Notes: a model not told the origin generated them from the letters alone. A stretch of DNA of 64,000 nucleotides from Octopus vulgaris (GCA_951406725.2 OX597820.1:60636001-60700000); one strand, 5' to 3'. Numbered from the stretch's first letter, positions 1 through 12,859 are shown. Made by a program: numbers and translations.

Positions 1-545
1 GGGAAAAAAGACTGTATAAGTATGTTTGCAGAAGATTTGGAGAAGACAGTAATATCGGCATGAAGTGCAGCCTCTCGGACTCGTGATTGTTACATCACAT
101 TACACATCGAAAGCTATGCATTTGTAATTCAAGGAAAGGCGAATGCTACGAAATGCCTCGTAAACAAAAGAAACAGCGAAGTATTTGAAGCCCCAAGATG
201 AAACCGAAATGTAGATAATGTCACGCTTCCCTGGAAGACAACGACGCACATGTAATTAGCAGTTGCCTCAAAATGCCATAAATGTCGCTAAAACAATGCC
301 ATCCGAATAAGAAAGATTGGCTCAGAATAAATATAGAGACCTCCTACCGCCTGTTATTGAGTACATACACCAGCAACGAAAGGGATACAGGAGGAGCATT
401 CTCAACAAAACCTCTATCAAGTGTAAGCACAACAGGTTAACAGGTCGGATATTGTTGTTTGGGACGGACAAGAAAAGTATGTACAGTCATCGAGGCTGTC
501 CTCCTAATGGGAATATCTCTTCAAAGAGAAGAAAATAACTTCAGA
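1..545 (+). mobile_element. Degenerate 3' end of an REL-endonuclease non-LTR retrotransposon (R4/Dong-like)
   Basis: Broken frames give ESYAFVIQGKANATKC, KPKCR*CHASLED..HVISSC (CCHC finger) and KTSIKCKHNR..DIVVWDGQEK (PD..D restriction-like endonuclease), in the order seen in R4/Dong ORFs; stops and frameshifts present. Confidence 0.65.
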
Positions 546-570
546 TTTCGAAACCTCCAGCTTCTACATC

Positions 571-762
571 TGTTGTATCGCCAATTGTTATGACGATACT
601 TTTTTTTACACTATAACCGTGTAGTAACAATAAAATATATAACGAAGCAGGGTAACAACAACCTAACAATCCAACGAACTCTCCACGAACTATACACGAA
701 CCAGCAAACGATATTCCGACAAATTACCAAAACGTCACTTTACGACTTACTGCGATTAAGGC

Positions 763-808
<46 letters not shown>

Positions 809-949
809 TCGTCTCTCACTCAAACCGTACTGTTTACAGTCGTTCGGTCAAGTCCATTCTAGTAGGGGGTGTCTCCTTTTGAGATTTCGTCTTCTGTAGG
901 AGACGAAATTTATTTTATTGTTATTTTGTTTTTCTCTTTCTTTCTAACA
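571..949 (-). repeat. 3' LTR of the gypsy element
   Basis: TG...CA termini (TGTTAG...ACAACA on -), preceded on - by the polypurine tract at about 950-963; its left part matches 4683-4819. Confidence 0.9.
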
Positions 950-1269
950 CATCTCCCTTTTTGAAATATTGCTTCCCTAGGGAGTTCAGTACCTTTTCTG
1001 CTTAGGAATTATTTCTAAATGTTCAGTCTGTTTACGTTTTCTGTTACTGCTCCTTCTAGCCTCAATCACTTTCGGTGCTGGCACATCGAACATGTCATAA
1101 AACACTTCCAGTGGAATTCCCTTCGTTTCTTCAGTATGTCGGGTTTTAATTGATTTAGGTGTCGTTTATGCTCCCATCATTGGCCTTTTATTAAATACTT
1201 CATGTTTCTACTTCTTTTAGTCACTACACCATCTCGCCAGTTCTCTTTGCCGGTCTTATATACTTTAAA

Positions 1270-3760
1270 ATGAACTTTATCTCCGACATCAAAACGTTTA
1301 ATTTAATTTTTTTGTATTTTCTCTATTCCTTTTTTCCCTTTGCCAACAATTTTTCGAAGATCGATTTAATCTTTCGAGCGAACATCAGCTCTGCAGACGA
1401 CTTGCCAGAACTGGTATTCGGATTGGGCGTTATTCTGTACACTCTTAAGAATTTAGTTAGCGCTTCGTCATTTCCTAACTCGTTCTTTGCTTTTTTTTAG
1501 CGCTCGCTTGAAAGTATCAACGAATCATTCTGCTTGCCTATTTGATCTTGGGTGGTAGGGCAGGGTAAACATGTGCTTGATTGCATGCATTTTGCAGAAT
1601 TTAATGAACTCGCATCCTATAAATTGTGCTCCATTGCCCGATACTATGGTGTCCCGGATACCGTATCGAACAAAAAGTTCGTGCAGGAATTTTATTGTTG
1701 CCTTCGAAGAAGGTTGACAGCACCTACATACTTCTGGATTCTTGGTAAAGCTATTAACAATGATCAAATAGTAAGCACCATTCACTGGTCCAGCGTAGTC
1801 TATATGTACCCTGGACCACCGACTATTCGTCTTAGGTTACGATTGGTATTTCACCGGTGGTGACTTGGTTGCTAGTGCACAACTTCTACATGATTTTACC
1901 AAATTTTCAATTTCCCGGGCCATTGTCAGCCAGTACACGTAGCTCCTCATCAAAGCTTTCATTCGTGTCATCTCCGGGTGTCAACTCTCAAATTCATGTA
2001 ACATCCGTTTCTGTACTACCACTCTTTGTGCGTACATTAATACATCGTCGCAGAGTGAAAAATGGTTCGCATTCGTATTTCTCTTTTGTTTATTTTTCAA
2101 TGTTTCATTAATTTTTATGATGTATTTGTCTTTCTCTGATTTACTTTTTCTATCTTGTACAGTCACTGGTAACTCCCGGATGACATTACACATAACGTTT
2201 TTAATTTCTTTTTCTGATTGTAATGCGGCTATCACCGTATCTTCCAGCGGTTCTGCATTCTTCGAAATTAGCCTAGATAAACAATCCGCATGGCCAATTT
2301 TCTTAGACGGAATGTACTCCATGTTAAAGTTGTAATTCAACCATATTGTACCCCAGCGTTCTAATCTGTAGGTTGAATGGGTAGGAATTCCTTTCTTTGA
2401 TCCGAAAATTGATTGTAACAGTCGGTGGTCCGTATGAAGCCGGAAACTTCTACTGTGGAGTAATCTGTGAAATTTCTTCACAGCAAAAATAATCGCTACA
2501 GCTTCATTCTCTATCTGACAGTAATTTTTTTCTGCTGCAATCAGAGCACGCGAGACATGGACCACCGCCTTCATAATACCATCTTTATATTTGTTTAGCA
2601 AAATTGCTCTTATTCAGAAGCGTGAGAAGCTACAACAATTTCCGCTGAAGGATCGAAATGAGCCAGCGACGAATCCTAAATAAATATTTTTTAATATCCT
2701 GAAACACCTTTTGACAGTTAGTTGTCCAATTCCATTTGGTATCTTTTTTAAGCAAATTATCAAGTGGAGCTCTCGATTCATACATGTTTGGTATGTAATT
2801 TTGATAATAGTTCGCTAGGCCCAGAAAAGCTTGTAATATCGCTATGTTAGTTTCCACACTGAGTGTGAAACTCTAATCTTTTATTTAAAAAAACACATTT
2901 CACATGTTCAGCATATTGATCACGAGATTCACTTTTAATTAATACATCACCGTGGTATGGAATTGCAAATTTACAGTCTGCCAACATCGCATGTTGAAAT
3001 ATTGCAGGTGCGGCGTTCAGACCAAATGGCAATCTATTATATTTGTAAAGTCCTCTGTGCCTATTCACTGTTCGAAGCTTCGAACATTCTTCGTCTGCTT
3101 TAATTTGTAGATATGCATCAGACAGTTCCAGTTTCTATTTTGAAACTATTTTGTCACCATTTAATTTTGCAATACACAGTTTTGGATACTTTTTGAATAA
3201 TTCTCATTTTCCCCAGTCTGTCTAATTCTTCCTCTACCTGCTTTATTGCAGAAAATAGTACCTTTCTATTAGGATTGAATAAGGTACGATGTTTTACTTT
3301 ATTTGAAAACAGGCTTCACTTTTAGAACAGAGGCTTGAATTATCCGACAGCACTTCAGGAAACAAGTTGAAGAAAAAATTTAAAAACTTCAATTCAGCTG
3401 CTGAGTTATTTTCACTGGTGGGGCAGCCATTTATGTTTTTACAGAACTGACTTATAGGGAGGTCCCATAAATCAAACACCTCCAACCAGTCCGTACCGAA
3501 CAAATTGGTTGCGTTTTTTAACATGAAAATTTTTACTTTACAGGGTTTTCCCCGAAATGTAATATCACTCCATATTTCGACAACGAAGTGTAGTTTTTCA
3601 CCTGTCATGCTTCGTGCATTTTTTAATGATTTTCTTCACGTAGGTTTCCCAATTCTTTTCCACGTGTCAGTATTAATAATCGAGATGTCGCTACCAGTAT
3701 CTAGTTGTAATTTAATATTCACTTCGTTTACTTTCACATGTATAAATTTCCACTTTTTGG
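1270..3760 (-). pseudogene. Frameshifted gypsy pol (PR-RT-RH-INT)
   Basis: ORF fragments 3636-3920, 3294-3608, 2847-3068, 2630-2857, 1981-2601 and 1525-1785 are colinear pol pieces with damaged catalytic motifs. Confidence 0.9.
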
Positions 3761-4682
3761 TGTCGCTTCTACTTTCCGTTGAGAAAACTTTAGAATTCTT
3801 TGTGTTCAAACTACCTAATGTAGGGCTCCACATCCGTTTGGTCTTAACATTTTTTTTGTTTATACCTTCCCAGTCGACATGTTTGTACTTGTGAGAAGTC
3901 CTTCTCTTCAATTTTCCCAACGTCCTGAGGTAAGTTTACCATTTTTGACACTTCTTTGCAACTGTCTGCAGGGTTAAGCTTTGGTCCGCTTGTTCAAGTT
4001 TTGTGAGAATTCTTGCACATATCTCCGCATCCTTGTTTGCAGTAAGCCCTTGTACAAAAATGAGGCACTTAAACATATCAGGAGTCAGTTCCTTCAGTTT
4101 AAATATTTAGCACATTCGGCTTACGGTTCCATCATACGTGACAAAGTCTTCATCCTTTTTTTTTTTAACTAGATTCCAACACTCCCATCGAGTGTTAAAT
4201 AGGGAGCTCTTAATCACTGAATATTTTTGATAGTAGCTCGACTGTTTCTTGGAAACAATTTTCACTAGTTTTGGGGGTAGTATGAAATTACAATATTTTT
4301 CATGTTCAGCCAGCACTAATCTACCTTTTCGTTGTCCGTCTACGACTTGCAATCTTCCCTGAAAATTTGTTCGCACCTTCTAAAGTATGCTGTCAACTTT
4401 ACACCTTCTTCTGGGTTATAGCTAAATTCTGTTATAGAGTTTGATATGCCATCTGGTGGAAACGAACTTATAGTATTTTCGGACTTCTTAAAACGTAGCT
4501 CAATTAACTGTAGTTGTTTCTCTTGTTGCCGTAGTAGTTGCTTCCGCGACTTTTGTTGCTGTTCTTACTGTTGTTTTTGCAACTGTATTATAGGAGCTAA
4601 TAGTTCTTCCATCATTAACAACATTGTATCACAAAAATTTGTTAACTGACCTGCGTGAGCTTTGAATCCGCGTCGCCAATAT

Positions 4683-4819
4683 TGTTGTATCGCCAATTGT
4701 CGTGATGATACTTTCTTACACTATACTCGTATAGTAACAATAAAACATATAACGAAGTAGAATAACAACAACGTAGCAATCCAACAAACTCTCCACGAAC
4801 TATACACGAACCAACAAAC
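4683..4819 (-). repeat. Remnant (U5 end) of the 5' LTR
   Basis: Matches 571-710 with about 15 substitutions by hand count, then switches abruptly into a family-B SINE. Confidence 0.9.
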
Positions 4820-5117
4820 TGCAGTCGAGCAAATCGACCCCAGGACTTATTCTTTGTAAGCCCCGTACTTATTCTATCGGTCTCTTTTGCCGAACCGCTA
4901 AGTTAAGGGGACGCAAACACACCAACATCAGTTGTCAAGCGATGCCGGGGGGACAAATACAGACACACAAACACGCACACATATATATATATACAGATAT
5001 ATGACGGGCCTCTTTCTGTTTCCGTCTACCCGAGGCTATAGTAGAAGACGCACTTGCCCAAGGTACCACGCAGTGGTTGGTAAGCTAGCTACTTACCACA
5101 CATCCACTCCTGCGCCT
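4820..5117 (-). mobile_element. SINE family B (tRNA head, CORE-like CCTTGGGCAAGT segment, internal microsatellite), partial
   Basis: Reverse complement of the copies at 13509, 20779 and 43352. Confidence 0.85.
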
Positions 5118-5119
5118 GA

Positions 5120-5470
5120 CAAATACAAAAAAGAAGTCATAGTACCTAACAACTACGAAGAATACGTATATATTCACACGAACCAAACACAGGACATGAC
5201 AACGACCTAGCTATAATCGTCTAGGACATACCTATCTAATCTGACAAGAAGATTACGAAAGCCGTTTGGTTAAGGGCTGAAAAGAATATACATGCATCTC
5301 TGTCTCCTACCACAAAAGCCTTACTCGAAAGAGAATAGAAACATTTTAAAAAACAGTATGTGTGGCTTGGAAGTAAAAACAGTACTAATAACAACTGGAG
5401 GACTGAGTCTGATAAGACATATAAACAAAAACTTGCGAGCCATACCAGTGCTCCCAACGATTATGCACAG
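5120..5470 (+). mobile_element. Second R4/Dong-like REL-domain remnant
   Basis: DIPI*SDKKI ... CGLEVKTVLITTGGLSLI resembles the C-terminal WDxPI..PD / xVPIVIGALG region of R4/Dong ORFs. Confidence 0.5.
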
Positions 5471-5519
5471 TCGAAAAGGTAGCTTTTTAGGTGGAGCTCA
5501 CGCTCTGCCTAAGACATGG

Positions 5520-5551
5520 GTTTCAAATTTTAGCACAAGACCAGTAATTTC

Positions 5552-5595
<44 letters not shown>

Positions 5596-5750
5596 CGGTT
5601 AAGTCGCTCCAACTGGTACTTATTTTATCGACCTCGAAAGGATGAAAGGCAAAGTAGACCTCAGCGGAATGTGAACTCAGAACGTAAAAACAGACGAAAT
5701 GCCGCTAAGCATTTTGCCCGGTGTGCTAACGATTCTTCCAGCTCACAGCT
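5520..5750 (-). mobile_element. SINE family A (tRNA head; central GTCGACTTTGCCTTTCATCCTTTCGGGGTCGATAAA, Meta-SINE-like)
   Basis: Matches many other copies in the window. Confidence 0.85.
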
Positions 5751-5881
5751 TTCACTCTCTCTAAGGTATTAGCAATTAAATAACGCTGCTCAAACAGTAC
5801 ACTGTCTGCATGCAATAGTACGTAGATTACTCTATAACCACTCAAAAAACTAACACGGCCAACACAACAGATCCTATACAG

Positions 5882-6456
5882 CAGGTGTTCCTAACCGGGG
5901 TCCGCATTTACCCGCAGGGGTCCACAGAAGCTTTAAGGGGGTCCACAAGTAAAAAATTGTAATTTGTAGGTTCATAAATAAATTTTGTTTACTAGGTGAG
6001 GTACCTGCATTTATTGAAATTTTCAAGATTTGTATTTAGAATTTATGTTTTGAATATAACGAAATTGTTTCATATTTCTTTACTGACTAAAAGGGGCTAC
6101 ACACAGACTGGACAAACAAGGACAGACAAAGGGATTAAGTCGATTATATCGACCCCAGTGCGTAACTGATACTTATTTAATCGACCCCGAAAGGATGAAA
6201 GGCAAAGTCGACCTCCGCGGAATTTGAACTCAGAACGTAACGGCAGACGAAATACTGCTAAGCATTTCGCCCGGCGTACTAACGTTTCTGACAGCTCGCC
6301 GCCTTTATATATATAATGAACTTGTTTCAGTGTTAGTTTTTTCTAACCTACAAACAAATACTTAATTTCAAAATTTGACATGTGGATATATGGAATCCAC
6401 AGATGATAAGATAGCTCTCAGGGGGTCCACAAACAAAATAAGGTTGGGTAACACTG
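5882..6456. mobile_element. hAT (Charlie-like) MITE with a family-A SINE nested at about 6090-6304
   Basis: TIRs CAGGTGTTCCTAACC / GGTTGGGTAACACTG; 8-bp TSD CTATACAG / CTATACAT; repeated GGGGTCCAC subterminal motifs. Confidence 0.85.
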
Positions 6457-6583
6457 CTATACATGATTCCTGTATAGGATTACCACTCAACAAAATGACA
6501 GAACATACGCTCTTACATAATTGATACTTGACACTGTAGTACCAACATATGAACGATTAGTACCTCAATATTGGGAACAATTA

Positions 6584-7098
6584 CCGTAAATCCTCAAGTG
6601 TAATCCGCATATTTTCCCAAAAAATTTAAAGGTCAAAATCCTTAGTGCGTACTATATACGCGGTTAAAAATGAACAATATTTTCTAAGCAATGTCCGAGT
6701 CTCTATTTTGCTGTCCGGCAATGTTTATTCAGACGCATTTTGTGATGCCGGGCGCGAAAATACCTTAAGCTAAGCCTGAAAGCAATGAAGTCATAAAAGA
6801 ATCATCCGTAATTTGCAGTAAGCAACATTTATTAAAATAAAAGTATTCAGAACACAGAATAACATGTAACAAAAACAATTTGCAAACATATTTACATTTC
6901 CATATAACAGTTAAGGACATCACAATTGTTGTATTACGTATGCACGGAAGTGTTTGTTCGACTAGGTTCAATTAAGCACGACTCAAGTTAGAGAAGTGGT
7001 GCGTATCATACACAAGGTTTAGGTTTTTCAGAGGTACAGCCCCCTAAAAATCCCCTGCGTATTATACTCAAGGGCGGACTATACTCGAGGATTTACGG
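6584..7098. mobile_element. Tc1/mariner-superfamily (pogo/Tigger-like) MITE, copy 1
   Basis: About 25-bp TIR CCGTAAATCCTC(A/G)AGT..., TA on both flanks; second copy at 10646-11124. Confidence 0.9.
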
Positions 7099-7834
7099 TA
7101 TACACATATAAAACCCGAACTGTACAACGAATAGTTAATGAAAATGAACAAATATTCAATTACATAGACACCACAAAGCTCACAGCAGCTGAACAATACT
7201 TGATAAAGTTAGAAATCGAAGCGTAAAGTGTGTTATATTTGGCGGCGCTGTTAAGAGGGTAAGTGTTGGTAATTATGTTAATAGTTATAGCATTATTAAT
7301 AATGATATTAATATTACTGTTAAAGACGGGTACAACAATCAAAATGTTGATAGCATAGACATTACCACTTCTGATCAGCGCATTTCTTCAATAATAGTTG
7401 TGTTCTTTGCAGTTGTTGGAACTCTGCAATGTTTCCTATCCACTGAATAAACTAAAATAGACTAAACATATAAGAACAGGCTGCAAAAGTACAAAGAATA
7501 CGCTAAAATAACTCCAATGTATTTTAGGTATACATTTAAAAGACTTGCTTTTAAAGACCAGCATAAATTGACGGTCAGTATCAGCTATTTACAATGGGAC
7601 ATAATATCAGAAAGTGCTAACATGTTATTAGTATACTCTTCAACGATTTTTACCCTGTTATTTTGTTACTTTTGAAATCTATATTTGAAAACGAAGCTAA
7701 AGACATCCAAGTGTATTTTGAACAGGAAAAATGTTAGAAACTGATAATAAAATTAAAGAGGCTGACCAGTAGAGCAGGTTACAAGGAGCATTTTCAGAGA
7801 TAAAACTCTTTTTTTCCTATTTATATACATGTGA

Positions 7835-8142
7835 GGGGCAAGTACATGACCTAGTGGTAAGAGCAGCAGACTCACGGTCGAGGGATCGCGGGTTCGAATC
7901 TCAGACCGGGCGATGTGTGTGTTTATGAGCGAAACACCTAAACTTCACGCGGCTCCGGCAGAAGGTAATGGCGAACTTCTGCTCACTCTTTCGCCACAAC
8001 TTTCTCTCACTCTTTCCTCCTGTATCTTGCAGCTCACCTGCGACGGACCGGCGTCCCGTCCAGGTGGGGAACCTATACGCCAAGGGAACCGGGAAACCGG
8101 CCCTTATGAGCCAGGCATGGCTCGAGAAAGAACAAACAAACA
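7835..8142 (+). mobile_element. SINE family C (tRNA-Arg-like head, V-SINE-like CCTGCGACGGACCGGCGTCCCGTCCAGG segment)
   Basis: A box, B box GGTTCGAATC, (AAAC)n tail, 12-bp TSD ATATACATGTGA at 7823-7834 and 8143-8154. Confidence 0.9.
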
Positions 8143-8376
8143 ATATACATGTGAATGATCTGCGATCATTATCATGTCTTATTCTTGCATATGTGCATAA
8201 TAGCAGACTGGATTTAAAATACTTTAAAAGAACGGTAATAACTCCCTTATCGACAATGGTAGTGGACATCAGTGCATAGAGTACAAAGGCAGAGGTGTTC
8301 AAGTTTTGCTCGTGGTAGTTAGTAAAATACGCCGAAACACTCATTCATCTCTCCTCTTCCAAAATGAATAAACGTA

Positions 8377-8593
8377 TTGGTTTCAAATTTTGGCAGAAGA
8401 TCAGCAGACTTGGAGGAAGAGTTAAGTTGATTAAACCAACCCCAGTGTTCAACTGGTGTTTATTTTATCGATCCTGAAAGGATGAAAAAGCAAAGTCGAC
8501 CTGGGCGGCATTTGAACTCCGAACGTAAAGGCAAACGAAATGCCACTAAGCATTTCTCCCGGTGTGTTAACGACACTGTCAGCTCGCCGCCTT
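8377..8593 (-). mobile_element. SINE family A
   Basis: Homology to other family-A copies. Confidence 0.85.
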
Positions 8594-8714
8594 ACAATTT
8601 TCACACTACATATTAGAAAGATTAAACGATATATTAAAGCAATATAAAAGAGAAAATGGATTTTTATAAAGGATAGATCACCGTAATCAATGAAAACACA
8701 GCATCCATGATTTA

Positions 8715-10200
8715 TGCTTCATGTCTCTTCCCTCAAACAAATTAAACCAAATATCCCGGTAGCATGTTGATACTCATGTCATAATCTTTTCTGCTCTAGG
8801 TACAAGGTCCGAAATTTTGAGGGAGGGGCCAGTCGATTAGATCGACACCAGTACGCAACTGGTAGTTAACTTATCGACCTCGAAAGGATGAAAGGGAAAG
8901 TCGACCTCGGCGGAATTTGAACTCAGAACATAAGGACAGACGAAATACCTATTTCTTTACTACCCACAAGGGGCTAAACACAGAGAGAACAAACAAGGAC
9001 AGACAAACGGATTAAGTCGATTATATCGACCCCAGTGTCTAACTGGTACTTATTTAATCGACCCCGAAATGTTGAAAGGCAAAGTCGACCTCGGCGGAAT
9101 TTGAACTCAGAACGTAGCGGCAGGCGAAATACCGCGGAGCATTACGCCCGGCGTGCTAACGTTTCTGCCAGCTCGCCACCTGGTACTCATGTCATAATGG
9201 CTACATTTCCTAAACACTTTCTGTCACATACTCTCCACGTGTGTTGTTAAGAGTGTGTGACGGTGCTTCCATTCACTGAGGCCAACAAAATTGGTGATTA
9301 AGTTTGTAATGAATAGACATCGCCAGCTGAAGATCATGATATGCTGCCATCGAATGGAATATATCATGGTGCCTGTTAAAACATAATCTAGAATTGTTGG
9401 TAAAATAGTTGATTCCATACGTACACTACCAGACATGCTGCTATTTTTATATAGTAAAATACACTTCAAAAACACTTCAAATAAACGACAAAAAAGAAAG
9501 AAAAAAAGAAAAAAGAGAGAGAAAAGGAAGGAGGAATGAGATAACTAAAGACGCAGTGATGTGAATAGAATCTCACTTCTCAGAATCCTCTTTCTTATAT
9601 CTTGCTTTCTAAAATACCAGACATGCTTTTCAGCATAACACCCACTTCTCTTGTATAACATGTCCAAGATGAAACCAACTTCTTGCAAAGACACTCTCGT
9701 CTGTCAGCACAACGGCTCCTGGACCATCAATTTGTAACGGATTTCACAAGATTCATTGTTGGAAAATTTTACAAAAGTAATATTCTCACTCAATCAGTGT
9801 CTGAAGCCTATTCACACATCCATTAGAAAATGCTGAATGGCTATATTCTTCTCCCAAAAGTTATTCGATCAAGCATTAGGTTAAAACTTAGTTTGGTATT
9901 TTCGAAAAGTGTTTCATTTCTAAGCTCAGTTTTCTTCTACAAAATTTGTGTTGGCAGCTCTAAATTCAACTCAGTTATTCCATGTACCTTACCGAACCGC
10001 AATTATTACATTCATTTTGTAATGGAAAGCGGCGACATGGTAATGGATTTATAATTTGTAACGGAAGACGGAAAAAGGAAATTGAAGGAAACCCACATTA
10101 CCCTTCTCTGCATCAACTACTTGTGTTGCAGATTGTCGGTATTTTGGAGAAATCTGTAGAAACCGTCTGTTTATAATGAAATCTTTCTACAGTTCCCTTT
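8715..10200 (-). mobile_element. Fossil Merlin (IS1016/ISXO2-like) DNA transposase
   Basis: Minus-strand fragments in order: ECNNCGS..SCQHKFCRRKLSL/RNETLFENTKLS (Zn ribbon), IDGPGAVLLTDESVF, ESTILPTILDYVLTGTMIYS, NFV..HT..VESM, LPGYLV*FV*GKRH; these match the Merlin motifs GGPGxxVEIDES, TLLPII..PGTxIxSD, HTQxIES and SYLxEFMWR. Confidence 0.75.
8786..9183 (-). mobile_element. Family-A SINE partial dimer inserted in the Merlin fossil
   Basis: 15-bp TSD TACTCATGTCATAAT at 8771-8785 and 9184-9198. Confidence 0.9.
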
Positions 10201-10645
10201 TGAATAACCAATATGAATTACAAATACTCGATGGTACGCAAATACATTTTCCTCATCATCAGTTTAACTGATAAATGTTTTATCGTTTTAATGCATATCG
10301 TTTAAATAACCAACTGTCTTTCTCCTATTTTTTTCATACATAACTTTATAAAATAAATCATTTTATCGTTTATAATATATATATCACGTTTATTATTTTT
10401 CACCTGGAGTAGTGTGGAATGAATAAGTGTTCTGGAAAGACGAAAAAGTACCTATCATTAATATAAGATTAAACCGTCTAATTTAATGAAAAATATTTTA
10501 ATGCGTATATGAATTTATAAGAAGCGGTATTTCTTTGGAAGAATGCAGGAAGACAAAGGTGGCTGGCGAAATCCACGTATTTAATACAGAATGGGTTATG
10601 AAGAACTCCTTTGGAGAAGTAACTGATAAAGTTTTATTTCATATA

Positions 10646-11124
10646 CCGTAAATCCTCGAATATAATCCGCATTTTTTCCCCAAAATTTAATGGTCAAAAT
10701 CCCTAGTGCGTACTATATACGAGGTTAAAAATGAAAATTTTTTCTAAGCAATGTCCGAGTCTCTATTTGCTGTCCGGCAATGTTTATTCAAACGCATTTT
10801 GTGATGTCGGGTGCGAAAATACCTTAAATCATCCATAACTTGCAGTAAGCAACATTTATTAAACGTTATTACTGTTATTTCTTTATTTTCTGCAAACAAA
10901 ATGCACAAAAAAGCCACACGTTTGCATTATGTTATATATACAATAATAATAATGGACGTTACCGTATACATTTTTACAAACCAAGGACGTTATATAGACC
11001 TCTTTGACTCAAGTTAGAGAAAGGATGTGTATTATACACTAGGTTTAGGTTTTACAGAGGTACAGACCCCTAAAAGTCCCCTGCGTATTATACTCAAGGG
11101 CGGACTATACTCGAGGATTTACGG
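10646..11124. mobile_element. pogo/Tigger-like MITE, copy 2
   Basis: Same TIRs and TA flanks as 6584-7098; central part differs. Confidence 0.9.
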
Positions 11125-11449
11125 TAGTCCTTGAAAAGGTTGCTGTTGTGGAAGAAGATATTTACATCGACCAAGATTATTCAAGCCATGCAAAAAATCC
11201 ATAGCATAATGCTTTCAGAAGTATTTGAGTTAATGTAATGCGGTTTGCATTCTCAATTGACAATTTTTTAAAAGAAAAATAATTGAAAAATGAAGCTTTA
11301 ACTTGAGCAGTAGCTTAATTGACGGCTAAACGCGTTAAAGTGATTTACTGACGGAAATCGAAGAGTTACATATATATTCATAATTCTTCACTTTTTTTTT
11401 TTTGATAATGGTTCTCGAAGTACATATACAGCTATATGAAATAACTGCT

Positions 11450-11820
11450 TTGGTTCACTGGTAGAACGCCTGTCACGTCTACAGGAAATGTGGGTTCGAA
11501 TACCACGGGCAGACTTCGATATTTTGTATCCAAAAAGGGTTTTAGAACCCAGTATTTATATGCTATTCTTTACAGCATATACTCCCATGTACTCCGAGAC
11601 CTATTATTCCAAAAAGAATTATTCAATGTTCTCTCGAAAGTTTAGAAAATTCTTATAATTCAACAATATACCATCCTTGCGAGTAAGAATAAAATTCCTG
11701 AAACAGAGATATAATTCAATAGATTACATCGGTCCGCTGGTAGAACGCCTGCAATATCATTAGGAAATATGGGTTCGAGTCCCAGGGGCAGCTTTCGACT
11801 ATTTCTATCCTAAAGGGATT
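11450..11820 (+). repeat. Two tRNA-like heads about 280 bp apart (pseudo-tRNA or SINE relics)
   Basis: CTGGTAGAACGCCTG..GGGTTCGAAT (about 11458-11500) and CTGGTAGAACGCCTG..GGGTTCGAGTCCC (about 11737-11783), with similar downstream sequence; no intact cloverleaf. Confidence 0.55.
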
Positions 11821-12381
11821 ATTTTTATCTTGATCTCCAGCAAGCGAAATTTGATACTTTTTGTCTTCCTTGTAATGTCTGTAGCATTAGCAAAAAACAA
11901 TTTCATTCTGTTTTATCGCGGAACATTATTCTTTATCAAAAAATTGCCATGGCTCTATGTTAATATCCACCCACCACATGCTTATTGTATAACCGATTTT
12001 TGTGACCATACTTTGATATATTTCGCCTAGTATTTGTTCACTTAGTTTCGAAGTCTCTTGTAAATTGCCAGTGCAAGTAACTTCCATATGTAGAAATTCT
12101 GTAGCTTCTAACATAGTGGGGCCAGGCGGTCTATGTCATTCATATTAGTTCATCATATTCCATGTTTAGTAAAAAACCCCATTAACACTGATCTCTGTAA
12201 GCAACTGACTTCCCAGTCAAATTATCCCATCATTCCACAGACACAGCTGCACATTTAACTTCTCCAACCATACATTATTGTACTTTTACATCAGTTTCAG
12301 TTTATGAGGGCTTTTCTTCCCTTATTTTTTTGTGCATCCCCGGTGATGGGCGTGTACTTGTATGTTTGTATTTTTTACTCC

Positions 12382-12502
12382 GAAAATAGTTACAAAAAAA
12401 ACCCCGAGAAAGTGATGAAAATAGTTACAAAAAAAACCCCGAGAAAGTGATGAAAATAGTTACAAAAAAAAAAAACCCCAAAAAACCCGAAAAAGTGATG
12501 AA
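12382..12502. repeat. Minisatellite, about 35-bp unit GAAAATAGTTACAAAAAAAACCCCGAGAAAGTGAT x3
   Basis: Directly visible tandem units. Confidence 0.85.
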
Positions 12503-12859
12503 CGCATTGTCTCTGATCGGGAATCTCATTGATGATGAGGAACTTCTTCGATTTCCTTTCAAACTAATCTATTTCTTGTTTGCTTCAATTACTGATAAAG
12601 ACTAAATTTGTTCGCGGGTGCTGATACTACGAAATATATTGATTAACATGATTTTGTTTCCGGATTCAGACAGATCGCAGAACAAGCTTAAAGTTTAGGC
12701 TATGAATGTTATTTTGTGATCATTTCTTTGATCCTAACGTGTTAGGTACAATCACATGCGCAATGTTTGTAAGTTAAATTCTTGGCAGCTTTTAGGAGAG
12801 TTTACTATATCATTTGGATATTTTAAAACAAAATAAACAAAATCGCCTTAAATGTTGTA

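Larger units (their letters stand above)
571..4819 (-). mobile_element. Ty3/gypsy LTR retrotransposon (Mag/K02A2.6-like), decayed, 5' LTR truncated
   Basis: Minus-strand order PR (LQLDTGSDISII), RT (HRGLYKYNRLPFGL; YHGD for YLDD), RNase H (EKNYCQIENEAVAIIF..HTDH), integrase (IVSGNGAQF; PYHPRSNRQAE); two LTR copies; PBS-like TGGCGACGCGG next to the 5' LTR; PPT AAAAAAGGGAGATG next to the 3' LTR. Confidence 0.95.

Noticed and set aside
7835-7910. tRNA genes at SINE heads (also 20121, about 38770, 40310, 63120)
   Set aside because: No intact cloverleaf; they continue into SINE bodies with tails and TSDs
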